A DNA stretch of 58,581 nucleotides, counting the filler, from Squatina squatina (lineage: Eukaryota): NCBI GenBank assembly GCA_031763465.1. It is 4 parts of 4 records of this genome, joined end to end, with 100 filler letters (N's around TTAATTAATTAA, not from the genome) between each part and the next. Parts side by side here need not be neighbours in the genome. Positions count along the whole stretch, not along the records: positions 1 to 15,912 come from JARFOE010000120.1; positions 16,013 to 28,592 come from JARFOE010000057.1; 2 more parts are not named here. One strand, 5' to 3'. Position numbers and translations under genes: made by a program. The notes below the pieces were generated by a model. The model was given only the letters and a program-made list of their open reading frames with translations. It did no database searches and had not been told where the DNA came from. Below are positions 12,007-24,650 of this stretch, piece after piece (the first letter of the stretch is position 1; each line of letters starts with the position of its first letter).

Positions 12007-13924
12007 AATACATGTTATCAATATAAGAATTTTTGTTGTAATCATCTCATCCAGCTGAGGCCTAGACAGTAGAATTCTGATTTTCCCCTCCGGCTCTGTT
12101 TGTAGAGAGTTGGTATTTTTCAACAGAGTAAGGATTACTGATTGAGTAACTGAACAGAGTTCTTTATTCCATGCCATTACATGGAATAAGTGAGTTACAT
12201 AGGGTGCTAAGGGGCTTTTGCAAGTAGGACCTTACAGGATCAAAAGAAAAGCATATTACAATTCTGCCAGTATGATACCACTTCAAACAGAGCTTACATG
12301 AAAAGATATTGGTGGGGGGGTGGGTTGGATTTTATCATTTTGGAGGACAGCTGGCAAAATGCATGGACTGACCGCCCGGGAGGTACAATGGGAGGCTTGG
12401 ATCATTTAAATAGAACTGGTGAACTGCCCACCCCAACTAGGTGTGCCGCTGCAGTTTTTATTGTGTTTGTGGGGCTCGGAGTACTCCTGTTCCTTCTGGC
12501 CCCATACACAGAATTTTTTCACCTGTCTTTCAAAGGCCTGTGCTTCATGGCCAAGAGATTGTACTGAGTGGAGTATCCACCAAGCAAGCCATAAAAATGA
12601 CTGTGGTGGGGGTGGGGTTCCTATCTACGTAATAGAACCCTGATTTTAAAATGTATTCACGAGGCTCCTGACTGAGTTAGGCAGGCACCTCAGCCACCTA
12701 TTAAACTGCCAATGGGAAGATAGCAGGAGGGTGGAAAGCCAGAGGTAAGACTATAAGACTACCACTTTGATTTTCACTTGAATCTCATTTTGAGTTTCCA
12801 CCAGGCAGAGGGAGTGTGTGTTCTTCTGCATTACAATGAATGCTCATGTGTTAGGGAATGAGTGAGTAGGGATAGAAAAAATACAATGCAAAGGATGGTA
12901 CTATCACTAGTTTAGGAGATCTTCAAGTCCTCTGCTTCTCCTTGCCTCAGCTTCATGGCACAATCTTTTCACAGTGAAATATGACAGGATTATTTTGTTA
13001 GGTGCTAATTTTGTAACGGCTGCAGCTCTGCTAACACACTACTTTCTGTCAGTCAGAATTTGACAGCTGCTGGTTTGATTGTTGAATTTCTTTGAAGATA
13101 TTAATCATCTAAATTGTGCAAGTACATTAACTATTAGATTAAGTGTTTAAGTTTTATATATTTATTAGCTTTTGTTGCTATAAGAGGAGCTAACCATTAT
13201 AGCATTTATTTACATAGGTACACAAATTATTGTAATTTCCACAGTCCAAGTATGTGAAGTGTGACTTTTAAAATTATCAGTGATGGGATTGTTTAACTGT
13301 CACACTGCCTCAAAATCCCCATTTCAAAAACATTAAAATTACTCCCAAGATGGAACATGACTCCTTCCAACTGTCAGTTAATATCTCTTATTAATTTCTG
13401 AATTTAAGCATCCTGATTCTGTACTTTGATATTACCTCCTAACTTATGCTGCACACTTAGTTTAGATGTGAATTATCTTCCGGTGGAATATTTCTGAAAT
13501 GTAACTAGAATAGTTTGTTGAGATTGGGAAGAGAATTGCAAATTTAGTAATAAGATTGATAGTATATAGCAAAAATGTGAAGCTATTGTCCCATTGATTG
13601 ATACACTACACCGATTATTGGTCAGAATTTTAAATATTTTCTGATTATTTAAGATGAGAACTAAACATACATATTTTTTGTATGTTATTTATCTAATTAT
13701 ATCTTACTAAAAATCTGCGACTGCAGCGTGGTCCAATTATTTCCTACTGTTTAATCTTGTTTCACCTAAAGATGACTACATTTGGTTGACTTCCAATGTG
13801 CAACATCATGGGAAATCAACTAATATGCACGTGAAATGCTTGAGTTGGTTCCAGTCTTTTTGAAACTAACGTTAGTGTCTGCTATTCTTAGATCCGCCAT
13901 AGGATGGCGTTTTTTTTAAAATAA

Positions 13925-14112
13925 GAAAACTTGCATTTCTGTAGTGCCTTCCATGACCTCAAAACGCGGCAAAATGCTTCATAGCCAATTCAGTGCTTTT
14001 CAAAGGTAGTCACTGTTGTAACATAAGGATTACAGCAGCCAATCAAGGTCTCCCTAACAGCAATAAGAAAACTGACCAGATTATCTGTTTTACTGATGAT
14101 GGTTGAGGGATT
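13925..14112 (-). mobile_element. Deu-type SINE fragment
   Basis: aacttgcatttctgtagtgccttccatgacctc...gtagtcactgttgta is the reverse complement of the SINE tail. Confidence 0.7.
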
Positions 14113-15912
14113 ATACCTGTGTGCTAGAGGGATTAAGTATAGATTTGAGACACTTGATAATCAGCACTGCAAGGCTAGGAGATAATTAGTTTTTGCTTAT
14201 TTGTGTAGTTAGTTGAGCAGCTTGTCAGACTGTAGTATTCTGGGTAATGATCTTGTAAACTCATTAAAATATTAGTGCTTCAGTGCTGGACTGTTGGGAA
14301 CTCTGTTGTCTCTCAGATCTTGTGTTGTTTCAGTTCAATGAAAAGTCGAAAGTTGGGTTACAGCTTTTAATTAAAGGTGGACACAGGTAGGATGCGGTTT
14401 TTAGTGCCTGTATATTTATAAACAACTGGAGTAAAAATTAACTGGTGTTGTGTGCCCGGAGAGCTGTTGGATGATAATCCCACTGCAAATGGATTAGGAA
14501 ATTTCAGTCTATCTGAATTTGCGGTTAATCGCAGACAGTGAGCGACTATAACCTTATTCACTAGCTGAAAAGATGCTGAATTCTAAGTGTGCTAATGTTT
14601 TATGAACCAGCCTGATTCAGTTGTCCAAGAAGTTGTTTAATATTTGAATTCTAAAGTATCTCAAAGAAGCTAAACCTTGTGGATGTGCAGTTTTTGAAAG
14701 TTTTATTTTATTGGGTGTCCATTTTAAGCAGGATTGTTTATCATTGTACTTACCTGGATTGATTGTTTACCCCAGATGCTCAGACTGTGCATTTTNNNNN
14801 NNNNNNNNNNNNNNNNNNNNNNNNNNNNNNNNNNNNNNNNNNNNNNNNNNNNNNNNNNNNNNNNNNNNNNNNNNNNNNNNNNNNNNNNNNNNNNNTAATG
14901 AACAGAAAAACAGAAGAATTGTAGAGGCTGTTGTAATGTGGTGCTAAGGAGCGACAGTTACTTGTTGAAAGTGAAAATAATGTTGGGGTGCTAGAGAATG
15001 GCAGTGAAGGTTTGCATCTGTTATATACCAAAAGTCTCAATTGAGATGCGAAGTAGAAGCCAGTTTGTTTCCTGGAGGGAAGGAAATTTGGCAAGAATGC
15101 CACTCCAGTCTGCTCAAATGCATCTTCTAGCGGCTGATCTCTGAGCAACAAAGCCAGAGACCCGGCAGCAGATCACTAGTCTGCTCTCTGGTTATAAATA
15201 GCGCAAAGCAGCAATCTCGCCCTCAAAAGCAAAAGAAAACAANNNNNNNNNNCATCATGTTTTGATGTATATTTCTTTTGTATTTGGAAGATCCTTTTGA
15301 AACCCTTTGAGTCCCTCACTAAAGAAAAACCCAGTACAGTTCAAAAAAGCAAAACAACAAAAGAAAGTGCTGCAGACCTGTATCTTTTGAGAACTGAACT
15401 GTTTAAATGTGTGTTGTGTCATTTGGATATATGACCCTTCAGGGCTATAACGATTGAATATTGAATCAGGAGTTACAGGGATCACCAAAAATAGAGCACA
15501 ATTTATTTTGAAGATCAGTAAAATATTCTCACCTGTTTGAAGCAGCTTGTTATCTTTGTTGGAATGTCATCTGGGAAAAGAGGAGCAGTTGCCTCAAGAA
15601 TCCAGGCTATATTTGGGTTTGGTTGATGGATGGGTTTTGATGAAACTTGGAAAACAGTGGATTCAGTTAGAGTAAACAGTCAGCTCAATTTGACTTTGAT
15701 TCAGAGACCAATTGGAAACCTCTAAGCCAAAGAAGGTGCTGTATTCTTTGCCACTTCAAGCTGGCGCCTGACGTGAAACTGACTGCATACTTAAGAAGGA
15801 TTAGGATCCTGAGACTGGCTGATTTTCCTGTAGCTGAATTTGAATGAACATGTTTGATAAAAAGGTAATTGCGAGAATCTGGGGAAAACAAGCAGACGAA
15901 GATTAGGCAAAT

Positions 15913-16012
15913 NNNNNNNNNNNNNNNNNNNNNNNNNNNNNNNNNNNNNNNNNNNNTTAATTAATTAANNNNNNNNNNNNNNNNNNNNNNNNNNNNNNNN
16001 NNNNNNNNNNNN
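15913..16012. other. Artificial scaffold-joining linker (44 N + TTAATTAATTAA + 44 N)
   Basis: Six-frame stop sequence at 15957-15968 centred in an exactly 100-nt block. Gene content changes across it. Confidence 0.97.
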
Positions 16013-19000
16013 CCCAGCCCTTTGGACATTACAATCCTCACCACTGAAATAAAAATATACAGTAAAGCTTAGTTAAGCAAATGTCTGATAAGTGACTAGC
16101 CCGCTTAAGGGAATCCAATCTCACTACACAAATTCTTTTCTTATCATTTCCTAACATTTTCCAGATCATTTAAATTAATTAGACAGTGTTTAAGTGAATT
16201 ACATTACTCAGCTATTACCAGCCATTAGCAGCCCATTTGAAATTATAAAAATGTGTTTTGGTAACTGCAGCAGAGTCATTAATGTTGATAAGTTGCTACT
16301 TGTCTGTGACTCTCCTGACATGTTGCTGCCTCCCTACAGCCACTTTGAACGCCAGGCTGGTAGAACATCATAGCTGACTGAACAGCTGAGATATAAGCGG
16401 AGCAGCAGTTTACGTCAATGCACTGAATCAGTCAGATGTGACGTTCTACTGGAATCAAGCTCAGTGGATGTGCCAATGGAAAGCAACAGCAAGTTGGAGG
16501 ATTTGGGCTGGAGGATGGGAAAGCTGGTAGAATGTCACTGTAACAGGTAATGTGGAGGAGGGAATGGGAAATCACTGAAGTGAATAGCCCAGATAACTGA
16601 AGAAAGTTTGTTAGTCAAGAGATTATTCACTTAAACAAGCTCCACTATATGTCAAACTTATCCATGACTTGTTTCTTATATATTGATAGGAAATGTATTC
16701 ATTAATGCACGATGGGTAAATTCAATTACCAGAGTCTTTATGCAAATCTAGAATACATAAAAGTGATTAATAAGAATGCACAGCCCTCAGTCAGTCAGAG
16801 AGTCACAGTCTCCAAGAGCTTCTGGCACCAACTCTCCATAGTCCTCCACTGGTTGATTATTTCCTATCATTGACTATTCCCATCCTTGCCTGTCTGTANN
16901 NNNNNNNNNNNNNNNNNNNNNNNNNNNNNNNNNNNNNNNNNNNNNNNNNNNNNNNNNNNNNNNNNNNNNNNNNNNNNNNNNNNNNNNNNNNNNNNNNNTG
17001 TTGCAGGACAGGACTCAATGAAATCGCGGTGCCCCTCTTGTGAATACAGTTTGTACGGCAGGTAGCACTCCAATCAGTCAAGCTTTATTGATGCACTTTA
17101 TTTTGCAGTTAAGAGTTATCTGTGTTTGATGTGATGTAACTTATGCTTCTGGATACGCGAAATCAATTTTTTTTAAAATTGAAAAATGCTGAAAGTGCTC
17201 ACCACCGCCACCTTGCGGCCACCTTGTGAACTAAATGCCGAGGCGTGCAGCCTGGTACCAATTTCAGATATGAGTGAAGGGCTCAGAGACTTAAGAATTC
17301 AATCCATCTTTTCGCAGCACACGCCATTTCGGGCTATAATAATAGAAATATCGCAAAATGTGATTATACTATAACCACTTGCATTCTTATCGCAGTAGTA
17401 GAACGTCCCAAAGCGATTCACGGAGGCGCAATGAAAAATCATATCACAAGGTAGACGCGAGCTCTGTCCATTTCAGCACCATTTGTCCCAATGGACGGTC
17501 GCTAATGACAATGTAATGTCCGATTAACTTTCAGACTGATGCTTTGCAAATTGCTGGGACCACTAACATTAGTCATAGTGACTAGCAGCGGTCTGACATT
17601 CTCCTATTTTTCAATAGTAATATTTTCATTTGCGCGATCCATAACATATTGATTTATAGCCTGATTTATTATTGCAGCAATTGCTATATTCAGGGAGTAT
17701 TTTTTTTTAAGTTACGTAACACTTCATAAATACCCTCATGGTGGTTTAAACACAATAGCAAGTCAAGGTCCCTGTATCATACCGCGTATTTTTTCAAGTT
17801 ATATTTTGGTTAGTGTTATGTTTTAGATGCTGTGAGCGCGGTTTCACATCGCAATTAGCTGCTTGATTTTTTGGAAAAAGATGAAACATTTCTGAGAGTC
17901 CTTTTTGGACCTCTAATAGCATGTAGGCGATTCTCGCTCTATGTTGCTGTTGATTTCCAAGCACTGCAATAAATGTAGTGTTACTTGGAACGTATGTCCA
18001 GTGAAAGGTACTTAGAACTAAACGGGCTGATAATTAGAGTGGGTCGATACAGTCTTACTACTGGAGAAATGTCTTGACTACACAAAGTACGAATCTGAAT
18101 GGTGCTTTTAGATGGTTGATGGTGCTAATGAATCGATTCATTGTCAGCTTTTTAATTAAAAAGCGTGAAATATATTCAACCAGACCATGTCGCCGGAGCG
18201 CTGGACTCTTAAAGAGGAATGTTTCATGTTTCTGCACCATTCACTGTGAGGGAAATTTAACGTTATTTGCGGGCAGTATACCAAAGGTATTTAATACAAC
18301 AGTGCTTTGCACCTTGCACCTTATAAATTTCGCAAATTCAGCTCCACTTCACTCAGAGGCTTGGGTTTCAGAGTAATCTTTAACCAAACCCGTCAGACAA
18401 TAGTATTTTTAATATATAAAAATTGAAAAACACATGATTTTTAAAAAATTATTTTTTGTTCCTGATGTATCTCACAGTCTAGTATTTAATTATGAATTTT
18501 ACTTAAAGAAAACCAGCCTTAATGATAAACATATAGCGTGTGCACATAGATTGATACAGTGTGATAATTGATCAGAAATGTAGATATGTTAACAGGGGAT
18601 GAGCCCTAAATAAGAATTGAATGGAGTTGGAGAGATTGATAGTTACAGACAGGGAACACCAACAAAATTCCAGCAGATAATGTATGTCATTTTAAAGTTT
18701 TTTGTTTGTTGCTAAAACTTAATGAAACAAAATCAGTCTGTATCGCAGCCCCACCCTACCATTTGAATGATTGTGAAATTCTCAAATGTTTCAAATGAAC
18801 TAATCGGCCATTTTCCGGCTCGCTTTTTAAAAAAAAAATAAAGCGTACAACTGGGGAAAGAATTGCGTTTGTCAAGTTTAGAGTTATGAAAATAGCTGCA
18901 GTTGATTCACATTGGGTATTAAGGAACAATAAGCGAGTGGGAGTACTTTTATTTGCCACGTCGGTGACTGGGCTACCTTAAAAAAAAAACCTCAGTCTGC

Positions 19001-19039
19001 AGCAGGGATATATTGTGCATCGCACACGCTACACAAACT

Positions 19040-19611
19040 TTTTTTTTCTCTCCCCCGCACCATAAAGGAGAGCCAGCCTCGCCTGGCGTGCAGATTTTAA
19101 TGACACACCAGTCAGTAAATTAAACACCCTTGACTTATTTACGGGCCGCTCGCAGCACTGGCAGGGTTAATTACGCGCTGTTGCATATCTGGATAATTAC
19201 AACAGGCGATCAATAGACGCTGCCAAGCAGTGACTAGCTGCAGTTGGAGACCTCATTGCTGCAGGGATCAAGCAGTAATGTGGTTCTTGTGTGGTGGAAG
19301 AGGATGAGAGAGGGCAGCGATCGGGGCTTTTACGACCCAGATGCACACCCCGCCGCCTGGATCTCGGGGTGTTTGCTAAGTGGATTCGCGCGATCGGTCA
19401 CAGTCCAGGCTGGATATTTACACAGGTGCCTTGTTTTTGGATAGTGTTGGGGTTTTTATTTTGTTGTGGTGTGTGGAAATCGCTCGCCGACTTCTGGGGC
19501 TTGAATGTGGAAAGAGAGAGAGAGAGAGAGGGAGAGAGAGAGATCTACATGTGTGGTCCTGGTGCGGGTGAGACGCACAGAAGCTGAGCTTTGAAGCCGG
19601 AAGATCCGAAC
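19040..19611 (+). promoter_or_regulatory. CpG-enriched promoter/5'UTR region of the TAFA5-like gene
   Basis: Local rise in GC and CpG immediately upstream of the ATG at 19612, on the same ungapped contig. The TSS cannot be determined. Confidence 0.55.
19513..19542 (+). repeat. (GA)n microsatellite
   Basis: About 15 GA/AG units with one interruption, roughly 70 nt upstream of the start codon. Confidence 0.95.
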
Positions 19612-19705
19612 ATGCTGCCCGGCTGGAGAGGGCTCTGCACCGGGGCAGGGGCAGCACTCTGCTGCCTGCTCGTCTGGATCATCTACTCGCACTTAGTCAA
19701 AGAAG
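19612..19705 (+). CDS. TAFA5: TAFA5/FAM19A5-family first coding exon (signal/anchor peptide): MLPGWRGLCTGAGAALCCLLVWIIYSHLVKE
   Basis: ATG in aacATGc context and donor G|gtaaat at 19706 (phase 1). Matches the recalled human TAFA5 alternative N-terminus MQLLKALWALAGAALCCFLVLVIHAQFLKEG. Not in the ORF track because it is short. May be the TAFA5-like paralog. Confidence 0.88.
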
Positions 19706-22700
19706 GTAAATTGTTGCCTCCCGTGATAAATAGCACTGCAATATTCTGTCACAGCTTTCCTTAAAGGTATCCTGGTAAAGTTCGAGTGCTGAATACCGAG
19801 GAGCATTGCCAGCAATTACAGCCTGTTTTTTTAAATTCATTGTTTTGCTTCCAACANNNNNNNNNNNNNNNNNNNNNNNNNNNNNNNNNNNNNNNNNNNN
19901 NNNNNNNNNNNNNNNNNNNNNNNNNNNNNNNNNNNNNNNNNNNNNNNNNNNNNNNNGTGTCATCTCACATGGCATTGGCACTCTGCAACCTACCTTGGAG
20001 AGTGTGGTCATGGCCAGGGACATTGCAGGCAGGCCCTCACAAATAGATTCAGTGTTACCACCAAACTCGCATGTGCCACTGACACCACCAGAGTTTGCAT
20101 GAGTATTGGGAGGGCAGCTAACTTGCATGGAACTGGCAGATGCCTGTGCCATTTGTGGAAGTTCAAACGGTTACCGTGTAGACTCTTGCCTCAAACCTGT
20201 GTTCCTCCTTGAGAGGCAGACATTTGCCTTTAGAGGAAGACATTCATCTTGGAGAAACCGGTGCAGCAAATGTATCAGGGCTTTCAAGGAGTCAATCTTC
20301 TTTTATTGTCTGCTCTCCCCCCGATATCTGAAAGTGATGAGCCTCAGCCAAAACGGGAGCGGCGGTGGTGAGATGGGAGCAGTATTGTTGGCTGCCTCTC
20401 AGGGTGTTAGCACGTCTGCTCCTTCACCATCCCCTAACGAATAACCACCATGGTGCCAGAAAGTCAGATGGCCATGAGCATCTCAAGGGTCCCAACCTGA
20501 GCAACAGCAGTCTTCCACCAGTTTTGCTGAGGCCACTAGGGGAGCATCTTATACGAGTAGTAGTTAGTAAACCTTCTTATAAGGCATCATGGGTTGATAC
20601 TTGTAATGGAAACCAGTTATCATCTTTGCCATCAATCATCTTTATCACATCTGGCAATTTATTCTTCAGTGTGGTTTCACAGCATCTTCTGAGTCTGCAC
20701 TGCCAGTATGCTAGAGAAGTTGGCTGAAATGTTTGAATGTTCTTTAATGCTGGATGAAGGGAGTGGTGAAGAATGTAACTACGGCCGTTGAGCAGAGGGG
20801 TTCTGTGTAAATTCTAAGGGTAATAGAATGAGCAGGTTAACGGAATCAGTGAGCAATTAGACGATCCCTCATGCCTCTTGCTGCAAGACATTGAGGTAGC
20901 CCTCCTTCTTCTGCTGGTTCTTTACCTTCCCCCTGGTCTTTTTCATCTGATGAGGACTGCTGCTGTGCCTCATCCAAATGTATGACAAGGTTAGGCTGGC
21001 AGGGTTAAAATCGGGCTTAATATATTTGCTTGGAGGGGAATGTACTGCATTCATTCTGTGGTTGCTACTGACGGCCCAGTTGAGATCAAGAGCTAGTTAT
21101 TTTGGGAATCCTGCATTTGAACCCAGGTACATCTTCACCCCTGCTGGGATTAACATCAGGAGCATAATGCTCATTAAAACATTTGAAAAGTCAAATATTC
21201 CTCAGTAAAGTTAAAGGATTTTGTTACTGTTTGGGATATCTAATGCTTATATACCTATTTTAAATGGAATAGTAGGGTGGTTTAAAATTGTTTCTCTAAA
21301 GTATTACAGAATATAAGGAGATATGAAGGTATTATGACCTGACTCAATCAAGTTTCCTGTATTATGAACATGCACCAGAGGGATTAAGGGATCGTGGAAA
21401 ATAAACCTTTGAGTGGCACTGAGCTCCATAGCTTCTAGTGATTGTTGGTGGGAGTGGGAGAATTTTTTTGTAATGCATTTGCTTTTTGCTGCATACTGTA
21501 TTTATGATGCTTTGATTTCTGTTGCTTTATAAATTATTTTTAAATATGGAAAAGTAGCAATAAATAGAAATTTATGTTTGGATCTGAGTTTAATAAGAAC
21601 GCCCAGGAGTATCACCGGTTGGGCACAACTGTCTGATATAAACCATACAGAATGTGTACTGTATAAATTAAAACTAAGGACTCGTTCAAAATAATATCCT
21701 CAGTTATCACTTTGAGTTGTGATTAACTAATGTTATGGAGTATTGCTGAATGTTATAGTTAAGTGTAGTTCATTAATGTGACAGTGGCTATATAAAACTT
21801 GGCAGTAATAAATCTTAATTTCATAGAAACTGGAATTACTTCGAACACACAGTAACACTTATTGATAAAATGTAATTTTCAAGGATTGGAAATAATAGAA
21901 TGAGTCAATTGCTCACAACCTCACACAACCAATGTTAACCAGTTCCGTAGTGCATACAAATCTGCACTTGTACCAATGCCTTTTATGGATGCTAAAAAGT
22001 GTGGCAAAATAGCTTACAAAGAAATATAGGAAAAAAAAACAGACAGATTAATAAATGGAAGACAAGAAAAAAAACTATTTTTAAATAACTGAAGTTTGGG
22101 AGTGTGTGTCTATTTAAATGATGTGTAATAGTTAACAGGAATGCTTTCCATTGTCTGAAAAAGGTTGATTCAGGGATCTCTAACAAAGAATGCTTCACCA
22201 GGCCTTTTCCGATGTAAGAAATCGTTTTGAAAACCTCTGTTTAAAAAGAAGACACACTGTCCATTTCATTTCACATTTTATTTAAGTTATTGCATTGTCT
22301 ATTAACAAACATGGGCCTTCCGCTCCTGCTCCTTCTAGCTCCACATCCAGGTAAGTAAATTAACTTTTATTTTACCTTTTTGCCAGTCACCTCCAGCAGC
22401 CTCTTTAAAGACTGCTGGTTTGAATGCTGTTCGTCTGAGAAAATGAACTGAAGCGCATGTTGCATTCAGCCACAAACCANNNNNNNNNNNNNNNNNNNNN
22501 NNNNNNNNNNNNNNNNNNNNNNNNNNNNNNNNNNNNNNNNNNNNNNNNNNNNNNNNNNNNNNNNNNNNNNNNNNNNNNNCAAACGCTTTAGTCCACTGCT
22601 CATCTGCTGAAGAATAGCTCAGCTTATCTCAACTGGCCACACCAATGTTAACAGAATCTCAAAAGGCTTAAAAGGGGACAGCTCCTGAACTTGTCCCTCT

Positions 22701-24233
22701 TCTCCGGAACAGCTACAGTGCAGAAATCTTCATTCTTCAGCCTCGTATTTTGAGATACAATACTGCTACCTGGTTAAGTAAAATCCTCACGTCACAGTCA
22801 AGGGTCTAATTTAGTACCATTCTATCTCGCTTCTGAATTTGTAATTAGGTACCCGCTGCTGGGATTTTTTTTAATAACTGTGATGATGAATAATGTTGGT
22901 TAGCAAACCAAGAACTGGTCAAAATGTTGGGAGATTTCATGGAGGCAGTTTTTATCCGTCTGTACAAAAGCTTGATTCAGCACAATATGACATTTCCTAT
23001 TAAGTTACCTCTTACAAATTAGAAGTCCAGCATTTTAAATGAGTAAGTCTGCAGAGTATTGTGGCTATAATAGAGCAATCTTGAAATGTGCAAGTTCTAT
23101 AATGTGTACTTTATGATTCAATGTACTGTCCCCTTGGGTAAAATCTGAACTGGAATCAATTAAATGCGAACAGTTGTAGGTTCAGTTCTGAATACCAATC
23201 TTCTGAAGCCCATGTACAGTATTAATATACCTTTATGTTACCTGGAATAATAGATACGGCATACTGTTTAAATGCATACTGAAATTTCTTACTTGGGACA
23301 TAATGATTAATATGATGTGTTTAGTCTGGAATACAGTAATAATTAGCAGATTGGCTAATTATTCAGTGTGNNNNNNNNNNNNNNNNNNNNNNNNNNNNNN
23401 NNNNNNNNNNNNNNNNNNNNNNNNNNNNNNNNNNNNNNNNNNNNNNNNNNNNNNNNNNNNNNNNNNNNNNAAGTGTAGTCACTTTTGTAATGTATGAAAT
23501 GCAGCAGCCAATTTGCAATGTGACAGTGACCAAATCATCTGTTTTAGGTGTTGGTAGGTATCTAAAGGTAAATCAATCTTGTCTAGAATCAATTACCTTT
23601 TCTTTGAAGCATTTTGGGGCCTTGTGAAGGCCCATACATAACCTATGCCTCAGGGTTATTGGGTCCCATTAAGTGACATGGTGGGCAGAACTTTCCAGTG
23701 AAGCTGGAAACTCCTCAGCCACACTTCCTTGATGTGGGCAGGAGTAGGACAAATATCTGCCCCTCCCCTTCACTGGAATTTCCTGACCACCTCTCCATGG
23801 GCAAAATCTAGTTTCATCCAACATTCTGGCCTCCCTCTGGTAGTAATGCCGGAGATGTGCCTAGGCCCAGGGCAGAATTCCAGGTCCAGGATATTTAGTC
23901 CCGCATTTTTAATTGTAGTCAAGTAGCGTAAATTCTTAATTCTGGCCTTCCAGGTTTAGGTACAGTGTACATGATAAATCTATCAATCATATCTGTCAGT
24001 GTACAATATATTGCCTGGGAAACCAGGTCAGGCAGCCGCTGCACTGCCCTCTGTCAGTCCATGTGGAAAATGGCAGCGTTAACGAAGATACAGAGGTGTT
24101 ACTCTTTCCCTGTATGCTGTCAATGGTAAGGAAATTGTTTCAATACGTCAGGTAAATCCTGCAACTAATCCTGATATTTGCAATTCTGTTGCGAACATAT
24201 CTGGCTAAGGAGCCTTGCAATTAAAAAAAAACA

Positions 24234-24650
24234 TTCATAGGATGTGGCCATCGCTGGCATTTATTACTCCTCCCTCATTGCCCTGAGAAGGCAGTGGTGG
24301 GTCACCTTGTTGAACTGCTGCGATCTTTGTAGTGGCTCGATATAACTTAGTGATTTGCTAGGCCACTTCAGAGAACAATTAAGAGTCAACCACGTTGGTG
24401 TGGGACTGAAGTCACATATAGGCCAGACGGGTAAGGACGACCAGGTTTTCTTCGCCAAAGGACACAGTGAACCATTTGGGTTTTTACAACAATCTGACAG
24501 CTTCGCTTTTCCTGATTATAAAAACTGTAAAAAAAAAAATTGAACTCAAATTCACAATCTGCCATGGCAATATTTGAACTTCTTCAGGTTGTTAGTCCAG
24601 GCTTCTGGATTGCCAGTCTAGTAGCATAACCACTGTGCTACTGTACTACT
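24234..24650 (-). mobile_element. Retroposon 5' region with tRNA-like head
   Basis: Minus strand begins gtagcacagtggttatgctactagactggcaatccagaagcctggactaa...agttcaaat, which is A/B-box-like. A related head lies at 48600-48716. Confidence 0.6.

Noticed and set aside
12298-12420. ORF with GLDHLNRTG
   Set aside because: It resembles a decayed CR1 ORF1 esterase motif (DGLHLN..G), but the match is too weak to call and it is not a host exon.
15533-15570. Minus-strand micro-exon (cccag...CAG|gtgag)
   Set aside because: It is antisense to SMTN, has no recognisable peptide and has no partner exons.
15957-15968. TTAATTAATTAA as a biological palindrome or homeodomain site
   Set aside because: It is centred in N-runs in three identical 100-nt blocks, so it is a synthetic six-frame stop linker.
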